Assembly: GCA_944389475.1 (NCBI GenBank)
Contig: CALXMM010000005.1
Span: 735-64,734 of the forward strand
DNA from: an uncultured Clostridia bacterium
GTDB lineage: Bacteria; Bacillota; Clostridia; TANB77; CAG-508
Length of the DNA: 64,000 nt
Reading direction: 5' to 3'
In this document: positions 49,090 through 57,351 of the stretch, one piece after another
Layout: every line of letters starts with the position of its first letter
Position numbering within the stretch: the first letter of the stretch is position 1
Translations under genes and position numbers: made by a program
Notes under the pieces: model-generated
What the model saw: only the letters and a program-made list of their open reading frames with translations
Database searches by the model: none
What the model was told of the DNA's origin: nothing

Positions 49090-49437
49090 ATGATAGTAAA
49101 AATAGTTATTGGATTTTTATCAGGTATTATAAGTGGATTATTTGCATCTGGAGGAGGATTAATTTTAGTTCCTGTATATGTATATTTATTAAAAATGTCA
49201 GAAGAAAGAGCAAGGGCAACATCAATATTATCCATATTACCAATGGTAATTGTAAGTAGTGTATTTTATTTTAAATTTGATAATATTGATTGGAATTTAG
49301 CTTTTAAATGTGCAATGGGTGGATTAATTGGTGGTGCAATAGGTGCAAAATTATTAAAGAAAATATCGCCAAAAATATTAAAATTGATGTTTATTATATT
49401 TTTAGGATATTCTGCTATCAAATTATTATTTTTTTAA
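49090..49437 (+). CDS. TSUP (TauE/SafE) family transporter, half-size subunit (N-type)
   Basis: A 4-TM profile with the GGG motif (SGLFASGGGLILVP). Confidence 0.65.
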   Translation: MIVKIVIGFLSGIISGLFASGGGLILVPVYVYLLKMSEERARATSILSILPMVIVSSVFYFKFDNIDWNLAFKCAMGGLIGGAIGAKLLKKISPKILKLMFIIFLGYSAIKLLFF

Positions 49438-49445
49438 GGTGAAAT

Positions 49446-49835
49446 ATGATAGAAGTTTTAACAGGTGTTGTTTCAGGCATTGTTAGTGGATTAGGAATGG
49501 GAGGAGGAACAATACTAATCTTAATATTTACAGTTTTTTTAAATGTCGAACAACATATAGCACAAGCTACAAATTTAATATTTTTTATTCCTACTGCAAT
49601 TATAGCAATTTATATTAATAAAAAACAAAAATTATTAGATTTAAAAACGGGAATGATAATTGGAATTTCCGGAATTTTTGGTGCTATAATTGGAGCTTTT
49701 ATTTCGAATAAATTAAATTCAAACAATTTAAAAAGAGTTTTTGGAATTTTTTTGGTAATAATTACTATACATGAAATATATTCTTATGTAAAATTGTATA
49801 TTAGCAAAAAAACTAGAAATAATAATATTAAGTAA
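49446..49835 (+). CDS. TSUP (TauE/SafE) family transporter, half-size subunit (C-type)
   Basis: A 4-TM profile with SGLGMGGGTILI. It starts 8 nt after the preceding half. Confidence 0.65.
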   Translation: MIEVLTGVVSGIVSGLGMGGGTILILIFTVFLNVEQHIAQATNLIFFIPTAIIAIYINKKQKLLDLKTGMIIGISGIFGAIIGAFISNKLNSNNLKRVFGIFLVIITIHEIYSYVKLYISKKTRNNNIK

Positions 49836-49858
49836 AAAAAATCGAAAAGAGGGATATT

Positions 49859-49999
49859 ATGAAATTTATGAAAGGAATGCTTCTTGGAGGTTTGATTTCT
49901 GCAGGTGTTATATATATGTTCACAGAAAAGGAACAGCCTTCTAAGAAGAAAATGATAAAAAAAGGAAAACAATTTGCAAAAAAAATGGGAATGTTATAA
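49859..49999 (+). CDS. Small membrane protein (46 aa, YtxH-like look), below the ORF-track cutoff
   Basis: AGAGGGA RBS. Translation is MKFMKGMLLGGLISAGVIYMFTEKEQPSKKKMIKKGKQFAKKMGML. A terminator overlaps its stop. Confidence 0.5.
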   Translation: MKFMKGMLLGGLISAGVIYMFTEKEQPSKKKMIKKGKQFAKKMGML

Positions 50000-50015
50000 A
50001 ACATTCCCATTTTTT
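49984..50015. terminator. Bidirectional terminator
   Basis: AATGGGAATGTT / AACATTCCCATT hairpin followed by TTTT, between convergent genes. Confidence 0.65.
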
Positions 50016-50036
50016 AAGATATAAAGCAATTAATAA

Positions 50037-50477
50037 TTAATGTTTATCATTATCACATTTATCATCTTTGTCACAGCATACGGGTTTTAAATCTTTACAA
50101 CAATCTAAATCTACACCTTTTAAGCAGTCTCCATCACGAGGTTCTGTTTTTGCACAAATTTTTACATGTTTTACATTATCAACCCATATTTGTATTTCAT
50201 ACATTTTATTATGACATAAAGGTCCAAAAACAAATTCACCATCGCAATCTGTAAAAGTATGAGAAACAGGGCGTTTTTCTTCATGTCCTTTTTCACAAAC
50301 AACTTCAATTAATTTAACAACAGCATTTGCAACAGGCTCTTTATAGCAGTCTTTAACTATACCGAAAATAACATTTCTATTATCTTCTGGCAAAGTTATA
50401 TCTATATCATATTGTTTACCATTTTCGATTACACCTTCTACATCAACTATAGGGCAAATTTTTTTATCATAATCCAT
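50037..50477 (-). CDS. Cys-rich protein with a CarboxypepD_reg/prealbumin-like core
   Basis: The pattern IFGIVKD..PVANAVVKL..TDCDGEFVFGPL..YEIQIW resembles carboxypeptidase regulatory-like domains. The C-terminal 40 aa hold CC and CxxxC clusters. Confidence 0.5.
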   Translation of the reverse strand: MDYDKKICPIVDVEGVIENGKQYDIDITLPEDNRNVIFGIVKDCYKEPVANAVVKLIEVVCEKGHEEKRPVSHTFTDCDGEFVFGPLCHNKMYEIQIWVDNVKHVKICAKTEPRDGDCLKGVDLDCCKDLKPVCCDKDDKCDNDKH

Positions 50478-50615
50478 AATTTTTCATCCTTTCTTTATTA
50501 TTTTATAATATATATTATGTAAATAAGAGAAAAATGTTGAATAATTAGTCCAATATATAAGTATAAAAAAGAAATTTTAAACATATAAATTATAAAAACA
50601 CTAGGAGGATTTATT

Positions 50616-50774
50616 ATGTTTTATGTAATAAATAAAGAAAAAATAATTGCATATGTAGTAACTGTTTTTACTGTAGTAGTATTATATTTTGTGGCTTCTA
50701 CATATGAATATAAAGAGGTAGTACCAACTTCAAACATTGTAATAAATGATGTAGTGGAAAATACAATTAAGTAG
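50616..50774 (+). CDS. Small membrane protein (52 aa), below the ORF-track cutoff
   Basis: Strong GGAGGA RBS 6 nt upstream of the ATG. One TM helix (IIAYVVTVFTVVVLYFVA). Confidence 0.5.
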   Translation: MFYVINKEKIIAYVVTVFTVVVLYFVASTYEYKEVVPTSNIVINDVVENTIK

Positions 50775-50924
50775 TATAAATAAACATAAATATCCAAAAA
50801 TTAACTTTTTATGTAGACAAACCCAAAAAAATGTAGTATAATAGGTATATCGGGACATTTAAGACAAGAAGAAACATAAAAGGGAAACGATAGATAAAAT
50901 ATAATTAGTATAGGAGGAAAAAAA

Positions 50925-51590
50925 TTGAATACAAATTATTTAGAAAATAACCATTTAATTTTGGTTGGAAAGGTTACAAGCGATAAAAAATTTAGTCATG
51001 AAATTTACGGAGAAAGTTTCTACATTTTTAATTTGGAAGTCCCACGTCTAAGTGGTAATTCAGATATTATTCCAATAACAATTTCTGAAAGACTAATATT
51101 AGAGAAAGAATTAGAAATAGGAGATAAAGTAGCAATCGAAGGTCAATTTAGATCATACAACAGCTACGAAAATGAAAAAAACAGATTAATTTTAACAGTA
51201 TTTGCTAAAGACATAAAATATTTATCAGAAGATGATGAAGCAAATTCTAACGAAAAAGTAACAAATGAAGTTACATTAATTGGATTTATTTGTAAAAAGC
51301 CAATTTATCGTCAAACACCATTTGGAAGAGAAATTTCTGATATTTTATTAGCTGTAAATAGAGCATATAATAAGTCAGATTACATACCTGCAATTGCGTG
51401 GGGAAGAAATGCAAGGTTCTGCCAAAATATAGAGGTTGGAACAAAAGTTAAAATAACAGGAAGAGTTCAATCTAGAAATTACGAAAAGAAATTAGCAGAT
51501 GGTAGAACAGAAACAAGAACAGCTTATGAAGTTTCTATTAGTAGTTTAGAAATAGTAAATGAAGAAGAAGAAAATAAAGAGGTTATATAA
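50925..51590 (+). CDS. Tandem OB-fold single-stranded-DNA-binding-family protein
   Basis: The second half matches the SSB OB-fold pattern (VTLIGFICKKPIYRQTPFGREISDILLAVNR..IPAIAWGRNA..GTKVKITGRVQSRNYE). The first half is a diverged copy. TTG start after GGAGGA. Confidence 0.6.
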   Translation: MNTNYLENNHLILVGKVTSDKKFSHEIYGESFYIFNLEVPRLSGNSDIIPITISERLILEKELEIGDKVAIEGQFRSYNSYENEKNRLILTVFAKDIKYLSEDDEANSNEKVTNEVTLIGFICKKPIYRQTPFGREISDILLAVNRAYNKSDYIPAIAWGRNARFCQNIEVGTKVKITGRVQSRNYEKKLADGRTETRTAYEVSISSLEIVNEEEENKEVI

Positions 51591-51661
51591 TATAAATAAA
51601 CCACAAAACCGAAATATTTTATTTCATACAAGTGGGCTATTGTTTGAAAAAACAATAAAAT

Positions 51662-51697
51662 AAAGACTAAAAAGACTATTATTTTTAGTCTTTTTTT
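51662..51697 (+). terminator. Terminator
   Basis: AAAGACTAAAA / TTTTAGTCTTT hairpin followed by a T-run. Confidence 0.6.
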
Positions 51698-51738
51698 GTT
51701 ATAATGGCAATATCTTTAAGCGAAGGAGAACAATTAGA

Positions 51739-53391
51739 ATGAAGAATAAAAATGAAAAGTCAGTAAAAAGAAGAACTTTGGTGTTTAATATATTAGCCAT
51801 TGTGTGTATAATTTTATTTTGTATAGCGATAACACCAGTTACAATGCAAAATGATACATATTATACAGTAAAAGTTGGTGAATCTATAACTCAAAATGGA
51901 GTAGATGGGAAGGACCATTTTTCATGGCATGAAAATTTAGATTATGAATATCCACATTGGTTATATGATGTAATGATGTATTATATATATAATATGGGAG
52001 GATGGACAGGAATATATATATCCACAATCATATTTACCTGTATCTTAGGAATTTTATTGTATTTTACAAATGTAAAAATAACAAAAAATCATATAGTACC
52101 ATTTGTATTAACAGTTGGAGCCATTTATTTAATAAAATCATACATAACTGCTAGAGCACAATTAGTAACATATATTTTATTTGTTTTAGAAGTATTCTTT
52201 ATAGAAAGATTCATACGAAATAGGAAAATAGGATATGCTATAGGACTGCTCTTAATTTGTGTATTAATAGCAAATTTACACGTTGCTGTTTGGCCATTTT
52301 TCTTTGTACTATTTTTGCCATATATTGCAGAATATTTAATATGTTTAATTGTGGATTTAGATTTAATATTAAAAATAAAGAAATTAGTATATAAAATCCA
52401 AAAAAAGATATTGCATAAAAAAGCAGATAAAGTAAAAATAATAGAAGAAAGAATTGAACAGTTAGATACTCAAAGACAAAAAATAAAACAAAAAAGAGAT
52501 GAAAATAGAAAACATCCATATAAAATAAAAATAGAAAGAAATAAAAATATAAAATATTTAATTTTAATTATGCTAATTGCATCATTATTGGGATTATGTA
52601 CTCCATTAGGAACAACACCATATACATACTTAATAGATACAATGCAAGGGGATACAACCGAGAATATTAATGAACATTTACCTTTAACATTAATTAATCA
52701 AAAAGATATATTGGGCTTATTAATTGCTGTAATAGCCTTATTAATGTTAACAGATATAAAAATTAGATTAAGAGATTTATTCATGTTTGGTGGATTAGTA
52801 ATTTTAGCATTAATGTCAAGAAGACATATTTCTTTGCTGGTATTATTAGGAATGCCAATATATTGCAAATTAATAATAGCATTTTTAAGAAAATATAAAT
52901 GTATGGATGATTTGAAAAAATTATTTAAAGAAATGACTGGATTATATGGTATAGCTATTACTTTATGTTTATTTATAATTGTAAGTACAAATATATATAG
53001 ACCAAAACTTGATGATAATTATATTGATGAATCATCATATCCGGTACAAGCTTGTGATTATATTTTAGCTAATTTGGATATAAACAATATGAGGATATAT
53101 AATGAATATAATTATGGAAGTTATATGCTTTATAGAGGAATACCAGTATTTATAGATTCAAGGGCGGATTTATATACTCCAGAGTTCAATCCGGGTTGTA
53201 CAGTTTTTGATGACTTTTTAAATATTTCTAATATTGGAACATATTACGAAAATAAATTTGATGAATATGACATTACACATGTTATTTGCTTTAAAAATGC
53301 AAAATTAAATATGTTTTTATCAAGAAATTATGAATATAAAGAATTATACTCAGATGACCATTTTGTAATATACGAAAGAGATGTAGTTTAG
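51739..53391 (+). CDS. Large polytopic membrane protein, possibly a GT-C-type glycosyltransferase
   Basis: About 12 TM helices, a Lys-rich cytoplasmic loop and a C-terminal soluble domain. The function is inferred from architecture alone. Confidence 0.4.
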   Translation: MKNKNEKSVKRRTLVFNILAIVCIILFCIAITPVTMQNDTYYTVKVGESITQNGVDGKDHFSWHENLDYEYPHWLYDVMMYYIYNMGGWTGIYISTIIFTCILGILLYFTNVKITKNHIVPFVLTVGAIYLIKSYITARAQLVTYILFVLEVFFIERFIRNRKIGYAIGLLLICVLIANLHVAVWPFFFVLFLPYIAEYLICLIVDLDLILKIKKLVYKIQKKILHKKADKVKIIEERIEQLDTQRQKIKQKRDENRKHPYKIKIERNKNIKYLILIMLIASLLGLCTPLGTTPYTYLIDTMQGDTTENINEHLPLTLINQKDILGLLIAVIALLMLTDIKIRLRDLFMFGGLVILALMSRRHISLLVLLGMPIYCKLIIAFLRKYKCMDDLKKLFKEMTGLYGIAITLCLFIIVSTNIYRPKLDDNYIDESSYPVQACDYILANLDINNMRIYNEYNYGSYMLYRGIPVFIDSRADLYTPEFNPGCTVFDDFLNISNIGTYYENKFDEYDITHVICFKNAKLNMFLSRNYEYKELYSDDHFVIYERDVV

Positions 53392-53399
53392 GAGGCTAT

Positions 53400-53972
53400 A
53401 TGGAAGAAAAACAAGAAAATAAGACATTAGCAGAAAAGATAAAGGAAAGAGAAGAAAAAGAAAAATTAGTAAAAAGAAAAGTAATGAAAAAAATTTTTCT
53501 AATTGTACTTATATTTCTAGTAATTGACCAGATAACTAAATTTGCATTTGTAAACAAAGATATTTCTATAATTCCTGGAGTGTTAAAATTCCATACTGTT
53601 CAAAATAGAGGTGGAGCTTTTGGAGTAGCACAAAATAGTACTTTTTCATTTATTGTTGCTAATATAATAGTTTTAGGAATAATAATAAAATTTATAAGTA
53701 TCCAAGCAAATCAAATAGATAAAAAGACAGGATTTGCACTAGCAATGGTTCTTAGTGGAGGATTTGGTAATCTTATAGATAGAATATTTAAAGGGTATGT
53801 AGTGGACTTTATAGATGTATCAGATTTTATAAATTTTCCAAATTTTAATTTTGCAGATATTTTAATAGTTTTAGGTTGGATATTATTAGCACTTTTCTTT
53901 GCTATGTATGCTAATAAGGTTAGAATGGAAAAACTAAAAAAAGTAAAGGATGATAATAGTGGAAAAGTATAA
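53400..53972 (+). CDS. lspA: Lipoprotein signal peptidase II with a charged N-terminal extension
   Basis: Motifs NRGGAFG, GGFGNLIDR, VVDFID and FNFADI. The strong GGAGG RBS is at the upstream ATG (53400). Confidence 0.85.
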   Translation: MEEKQENKTLAEKIKEREEKEKLVKRKVMKKIFLIVLIFLVIDQITKFAFVNKDISIIPGVLKFHTVQNRGGAFGVAQNSTFSFIVANIIVLGIIIKFISIQANQIDKKTGFALAMVLSGGFGNLIDRIFKGYVVDFIDVSDFINFPNFNFADILIVLGWILLALFFAMYANKVRMEKLKKVKDDNSGKV

Positions 53973-54879
53973 AATAGGAGAAGAAAATGTTGATTGCAGA
54001 ATTGACAAGTTGATACCTGTTTTAAATAAAAATATAACTAGAATGTCAGCACAGAAACTTTTAGAAGAAGGTAAGATATTGGTTAATGATAAAAAAGAAA
54101 AGCCATCATATAAAGTTAAAGTTAATGACATTATATCTATAGAAATACCAGAATTAAAAGAAACAGAAATTATTCCAGAGAATATACCACTAGATGTTTT
54201 ATACGAAGATGAATATATAATTGTAGTTAACAAAGCTAAAGGAATGGTAGTACATCCTGCTAATGGTAATTATACAGGAACTTTGGTAAATGCTTTATTA
54301 TATAAATGTAAGGATTCTTTGTCAGGTATTGGAGGCGAAAAAAGACCTGGAATAGTACATAGATTGGATAAAGATACTTCTGGAGTTATTATAGTGGCGA
54401 AATGTAATAAAGCACATATTAATCTTTCAGAGCAAATTAAAGAACACAAAGTTAAAAAAACTTATATAGCATTGGTTAAGGGAATTGTAAAAGATAATGA
54501 AGCAACTATAGATATGCCAATAGGTAGAAGCAAAAAAGATAGAAAGAAAATGGATATAGATAAGAATGGAAAAAATGCAATAACACATTTTAAAGTTTTA
54601 AAAAGATATCAGGGATATACTTTATTAAAAGTAAATATAGAAACAGGAAGAACTCATCAAATTAGAGTACATTTATCCACAATTGGATATCCAATTGTAG
54701 GGGATATGGTTTATTCAAATGGAAAAAATGAATTTAATGTAGAAGGGCAAATGTTACATGCATGGCGTATAGAATTTACACATCCAATAACGGGAAAAGA
54801 AATGGTGATAGAAGCGCCATTGCCACAATATTTTGAAGATATATTGAAACAATTAGAGAATAGAAGAATTAATAACTAA
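53950..54879 (+). CDS. rluD: RluA-family 23S rRNA pseudouridine synthase (RluD-type, with S4 domain)
   Basis: HRLDKDTSGVIIVAK, and GRTHQIRVHLS. Confidence 0.85.
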   Translation: MIIVEKYKIGEENVDCRIDKLIPVLNKNITRMSAQKLLEEGKILVNDKKEKPSYKVKVNDIISIEIPELKETEIIPENIPLDVLYEDEYIIVVNKAKGMVVHPANGNYTGTLVNALLYKCKDSLSGIGGEKRPGIVHRLDKDTSGVIIVAKCNKAHINLSEQIKEHKVKKTYIALVKGIVKDNEATIDMPIGRSKKDRKKMDIDKNGKNAITHFKVLKRYQGYTLLKVNIETGRTHQIRVHLSTIGYPIVGDMVYSNGKNEFNVEGQMLHAWRIEFTHPITGKEMVIEAPLPQYFEDILKQLENRRINN

Positions 54880-55024
54880 AAAAGGTCCAGTACTAGAACA
54901 GTACTGGAGAATCTATATAAATCTTTTTACTCCATTAAAAACAGAATAAAAAGAAAATTAAAAGCTATCTTAATATTATAATATGCAATAAAAAATTAAA
55001 TATACATAAAAAGGTGAAAAAAAT

Positions 55025-55753
55025 ATGGAAGAAAAAAATGAAGTTAGACTTCAAAAATTTTTAGCAGATAATGGAATTGCATCCAGAAGAAAATGTGAGC
55101 AGATAATATTAGAAAATAGGGTAAAAGTAAATGGAAAGTTAATAAATACTTTAGGAACAAAAGTAAATTCAAATAAAGATGTAGTAGAAGTAGATGAAAA
55201 GATTATAGAAAAACAAAATCAAAAAATTTATGTTCTATTAAATAAACCAATCGGATATGTAACAACAGTTAAGGATCAATTTAAACGTGATACAGTTATG
55301 GATTTATTAAAAGATATTAAAACTAGAATTGTTCCAGTAGGAAGATTGGACATGTATACATCTGGAGCACTATTATTATCTAATGATGGTGCATTTGTAA
55401 ACAAGATAACACACCCAAGCCACGAAATTGAAAAGACATATAATGTTACTGTAAGAGGAAAAATTACAAAAGAAGATATGCAAAAATTAGAAAGTGGAGT
55501 GGATATAGGTGATTACATTACAAAACCTGCTAAAACTAAAATATTAAAAATTGATGAAAGTAAAAATATTTCTAGATTTCAAATAATAATACATGAGGGA
55601 AAAAATAGACAAATTAGAAGAATGTGCAAGGCGATTAATAAACCTGTTTTAGCACTTCATAGAGCAGCTATTGGAAATATAAGTGTAAAAAATTTAAAAA
55701 TGGGTCAATATAGATATTTAACTAATAAAGAAATAGAAGATTTAGTAAAATAA
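55025..55753 (+). CDS. RsuA/RluB-family pseudouridine synthase with an S4 domain
   Basis: RLQKFLADNGIASRRKCEQII (S4), GRLDMYTSGALLLSNDG, and GKNRQIRRM. Confidence 0.85.
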   Translation: MEEKNEVRLQKFLADNGIASRRKCEQIILENRVKVNGKLINTLGTKVNSNKDVVEVDEKIIEKQNQKIYVLLNKPIGYVTTVKDQFKRDTVMDLLKDIKTRIVPVGRLDMYTSGALLLSNDGAFVNKITHPSHEIEKTYNVTVRGKITKEDMQKLESGVDIGDYITKPAKTKILKIDESKNISRFQIIIHEGKNRQIRRMCKAINKPVLALHRAAIGNISVKNLKMGQYRYLTNKEIEDLVK

Positions 55754-55820
55754 TATTGATTATATTAAAATAAAACTATATAATATTAAAAGATTATACA
55801 TAAGATAAGGAGAAATAATA

Positions 55821-56306
55821 ATGAGCTACAAAAAATTTATTCCGTTCGATGATTCTTTAAAAGAAAATATGATTGTTCAAGGAAAGGTAAAAAGTATTCA
55901 GCCATATGGAGCTTTTATAGAACTAAAAAATGGGGTAGTAGGTTTGTTACATATAGAAGATATGTCTATCGCTAGAATAAAAAGTCCATATGATAGATTT
56001 TCCATAGGACAAGAAATTAATGTAAAAATAAAAAGTATAGATAAAGAAAATCATAGGATAATGTTTACATATAAAGAATTATTGGGAACATGGGAAGATA
56101 ATGCAAAACTATTTAAGGAAGGAACAAAAGTAAAAGGTATTATTAGAAATACAGAAGCACATAAAAATGGAATATTCATAGAATTAAAGCCAAATTTAGT
56201 AGGAATGGCTGAATATCAAGAAGGCTTAGAATATGGAAAACAAGTAGATGTATTTATTAAAAAAATTATTCCAGAGAAGAAAAAGATTAAATTAATAATA
56301 TGTTAA
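55821..56306 (+). CDS. S1 RNA-binding domain protein (two S1-like repeats)
   Basis: GKVKSIQPYGAFIELKNGVVGLLHISD-type S1 motif. A second repeat is GTKVKGIIRN..GIFIEL. Confidence 0.75.
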   Translation: MSYKKFIPFDDSLKENMIVQGKVKSIQPYGAFIELKNGVVGLLHIEDMSIARIKSPYDRFSIGQEINVKIKSIDKENHRIMFTYKELLGTWEDNAKLFKEGTKVKGIIRNTEAHKNGIFIELKPNLVGMAEYQEGLEYGKQVDVFIKKIIPEKKKIKLIIC

Positions 56307-56321
56307 GGAGGATGCTTAAAA

Positions 56322-57263
56322 ATGGTAGAAGATAGTCAAATAAAAGCAGAAGTATCACCATTTGCAATTAGAGAAGGTGAAATTAAGGTATTTGACGGTA
56401 AAGATGGTTATGTTTCAATGAATCAAATCATAAATAAAATAAATATAGGACATATAACAGATATTCATTTTAAAATATTGGAAATAGTAAATGAGTTCGA
56501 ATTTATAACATCAAGACAAATATATCAATTATTAAAAATAAAAGGAATAGATATAAAATCTCAAGATAAATTGAATAAAAAATTAGAGCAACTTGTAAAA
56601 ACAAAAATTTTAACAAGATATTATTTCCATTCAGAAGATGGAAAGGGAATATATAGAATATATTGTTTGGAAAAAATGGGAAAATATTTATTAAATTCAA
56701 GAGATATTGAATGTAAGTGGCAACCTACAGACAATGTTAAACCTGTAGCATTAATAAAGAAAAGACTTGCTGGTAATCAAACAATACTTGCATATTTAAG
56801 AAAAGTAAAAGCTTTTGACTCATATGTTGTAAAGCCTCAACTTACAGCAAAAACAATAGGAAAAACATTTAAAGCAACTGGTGGAAGTGTTAAATTAACG
56901 AAGAATAATAAATCAATTTCATTTTTATTTGAGGTTGTTAGAAAAGAAGAGGATTGGCAAAATAAATTAGTAGATAAGATGAGATTATATAAAGATTTCT
57001 ATGAAAACTTTGTACCAGGTGATTCTGGTTTTCAAATAATGCCTCAATTAATATTTGTTTGTGAAGATGAAAAACATGCTGCAGAAACATTTAAAGTAAT
57101 AGTAACCAAAAGAGTGGAGATTTCAAAGATAAAATTGTATTTTACAACAGATTTAAGACAAAATAAAGAGTCTCTAGAAGATACTTTAATAGAGTTTAGA
57201 TTAGATGAAAATACAAACAAATATAAAGTAGTGAATGTGGACTTAAAATTATTAGAGGAATAA
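56322..57263 (+). CDS. Replication-relaxation-family-like protein (winged-helix N-terminus)
   Basis: ITDIHFKILEIVNEFEFITSRQIYQLL resembles the N-terminal wHTH of the Replic_Relax family. It is convergent with a coupling-protein-like ATPase. Confidence 0.4.
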   Translation: MVEDSQIKAEVSPFAIREGEIKVFDGKDGYVSMNQIINKINIGHITDIHFKILEIVNEFEFITSRQIYQLLKIKGIDIKSQDKLNKKLEQLVKTKILTRYYFHSEDGKGIYRIYCLEKMGKYLLNSRDIECKWQPTDNVKPVALIKKRLAGNQTILAYLRKVKAFDSYVVKPQLTAKTIGKTFKATGGSVKLTKNNKSISFLFEVVRKEEDWQNKLVDKMRLYKDFYENFVPGDSGFQIMPQLIFVCEDEKHAAETFKVIVTKRVEISKIKLYFTTDLRQNKESLEDTLIEFRLDENTNKYKVVNVDLKLLEE

Positions 57264-57351
57264 AAGCAAACTATCTAGGGATTGAACATAATTTAATAAT
57301 GATTTAACAATGCGAAATTATAAGTACTGTTAAAGAGAAAAAAAGGAAATT

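Noticed and set aside
54886-54908. Hairpin TCCAGTAC/GTACTGGA after rluD as a terminator
   Set aside because: The 8-bp stem is not followed by a T-run, so the evidence is too weak to list as a feature.
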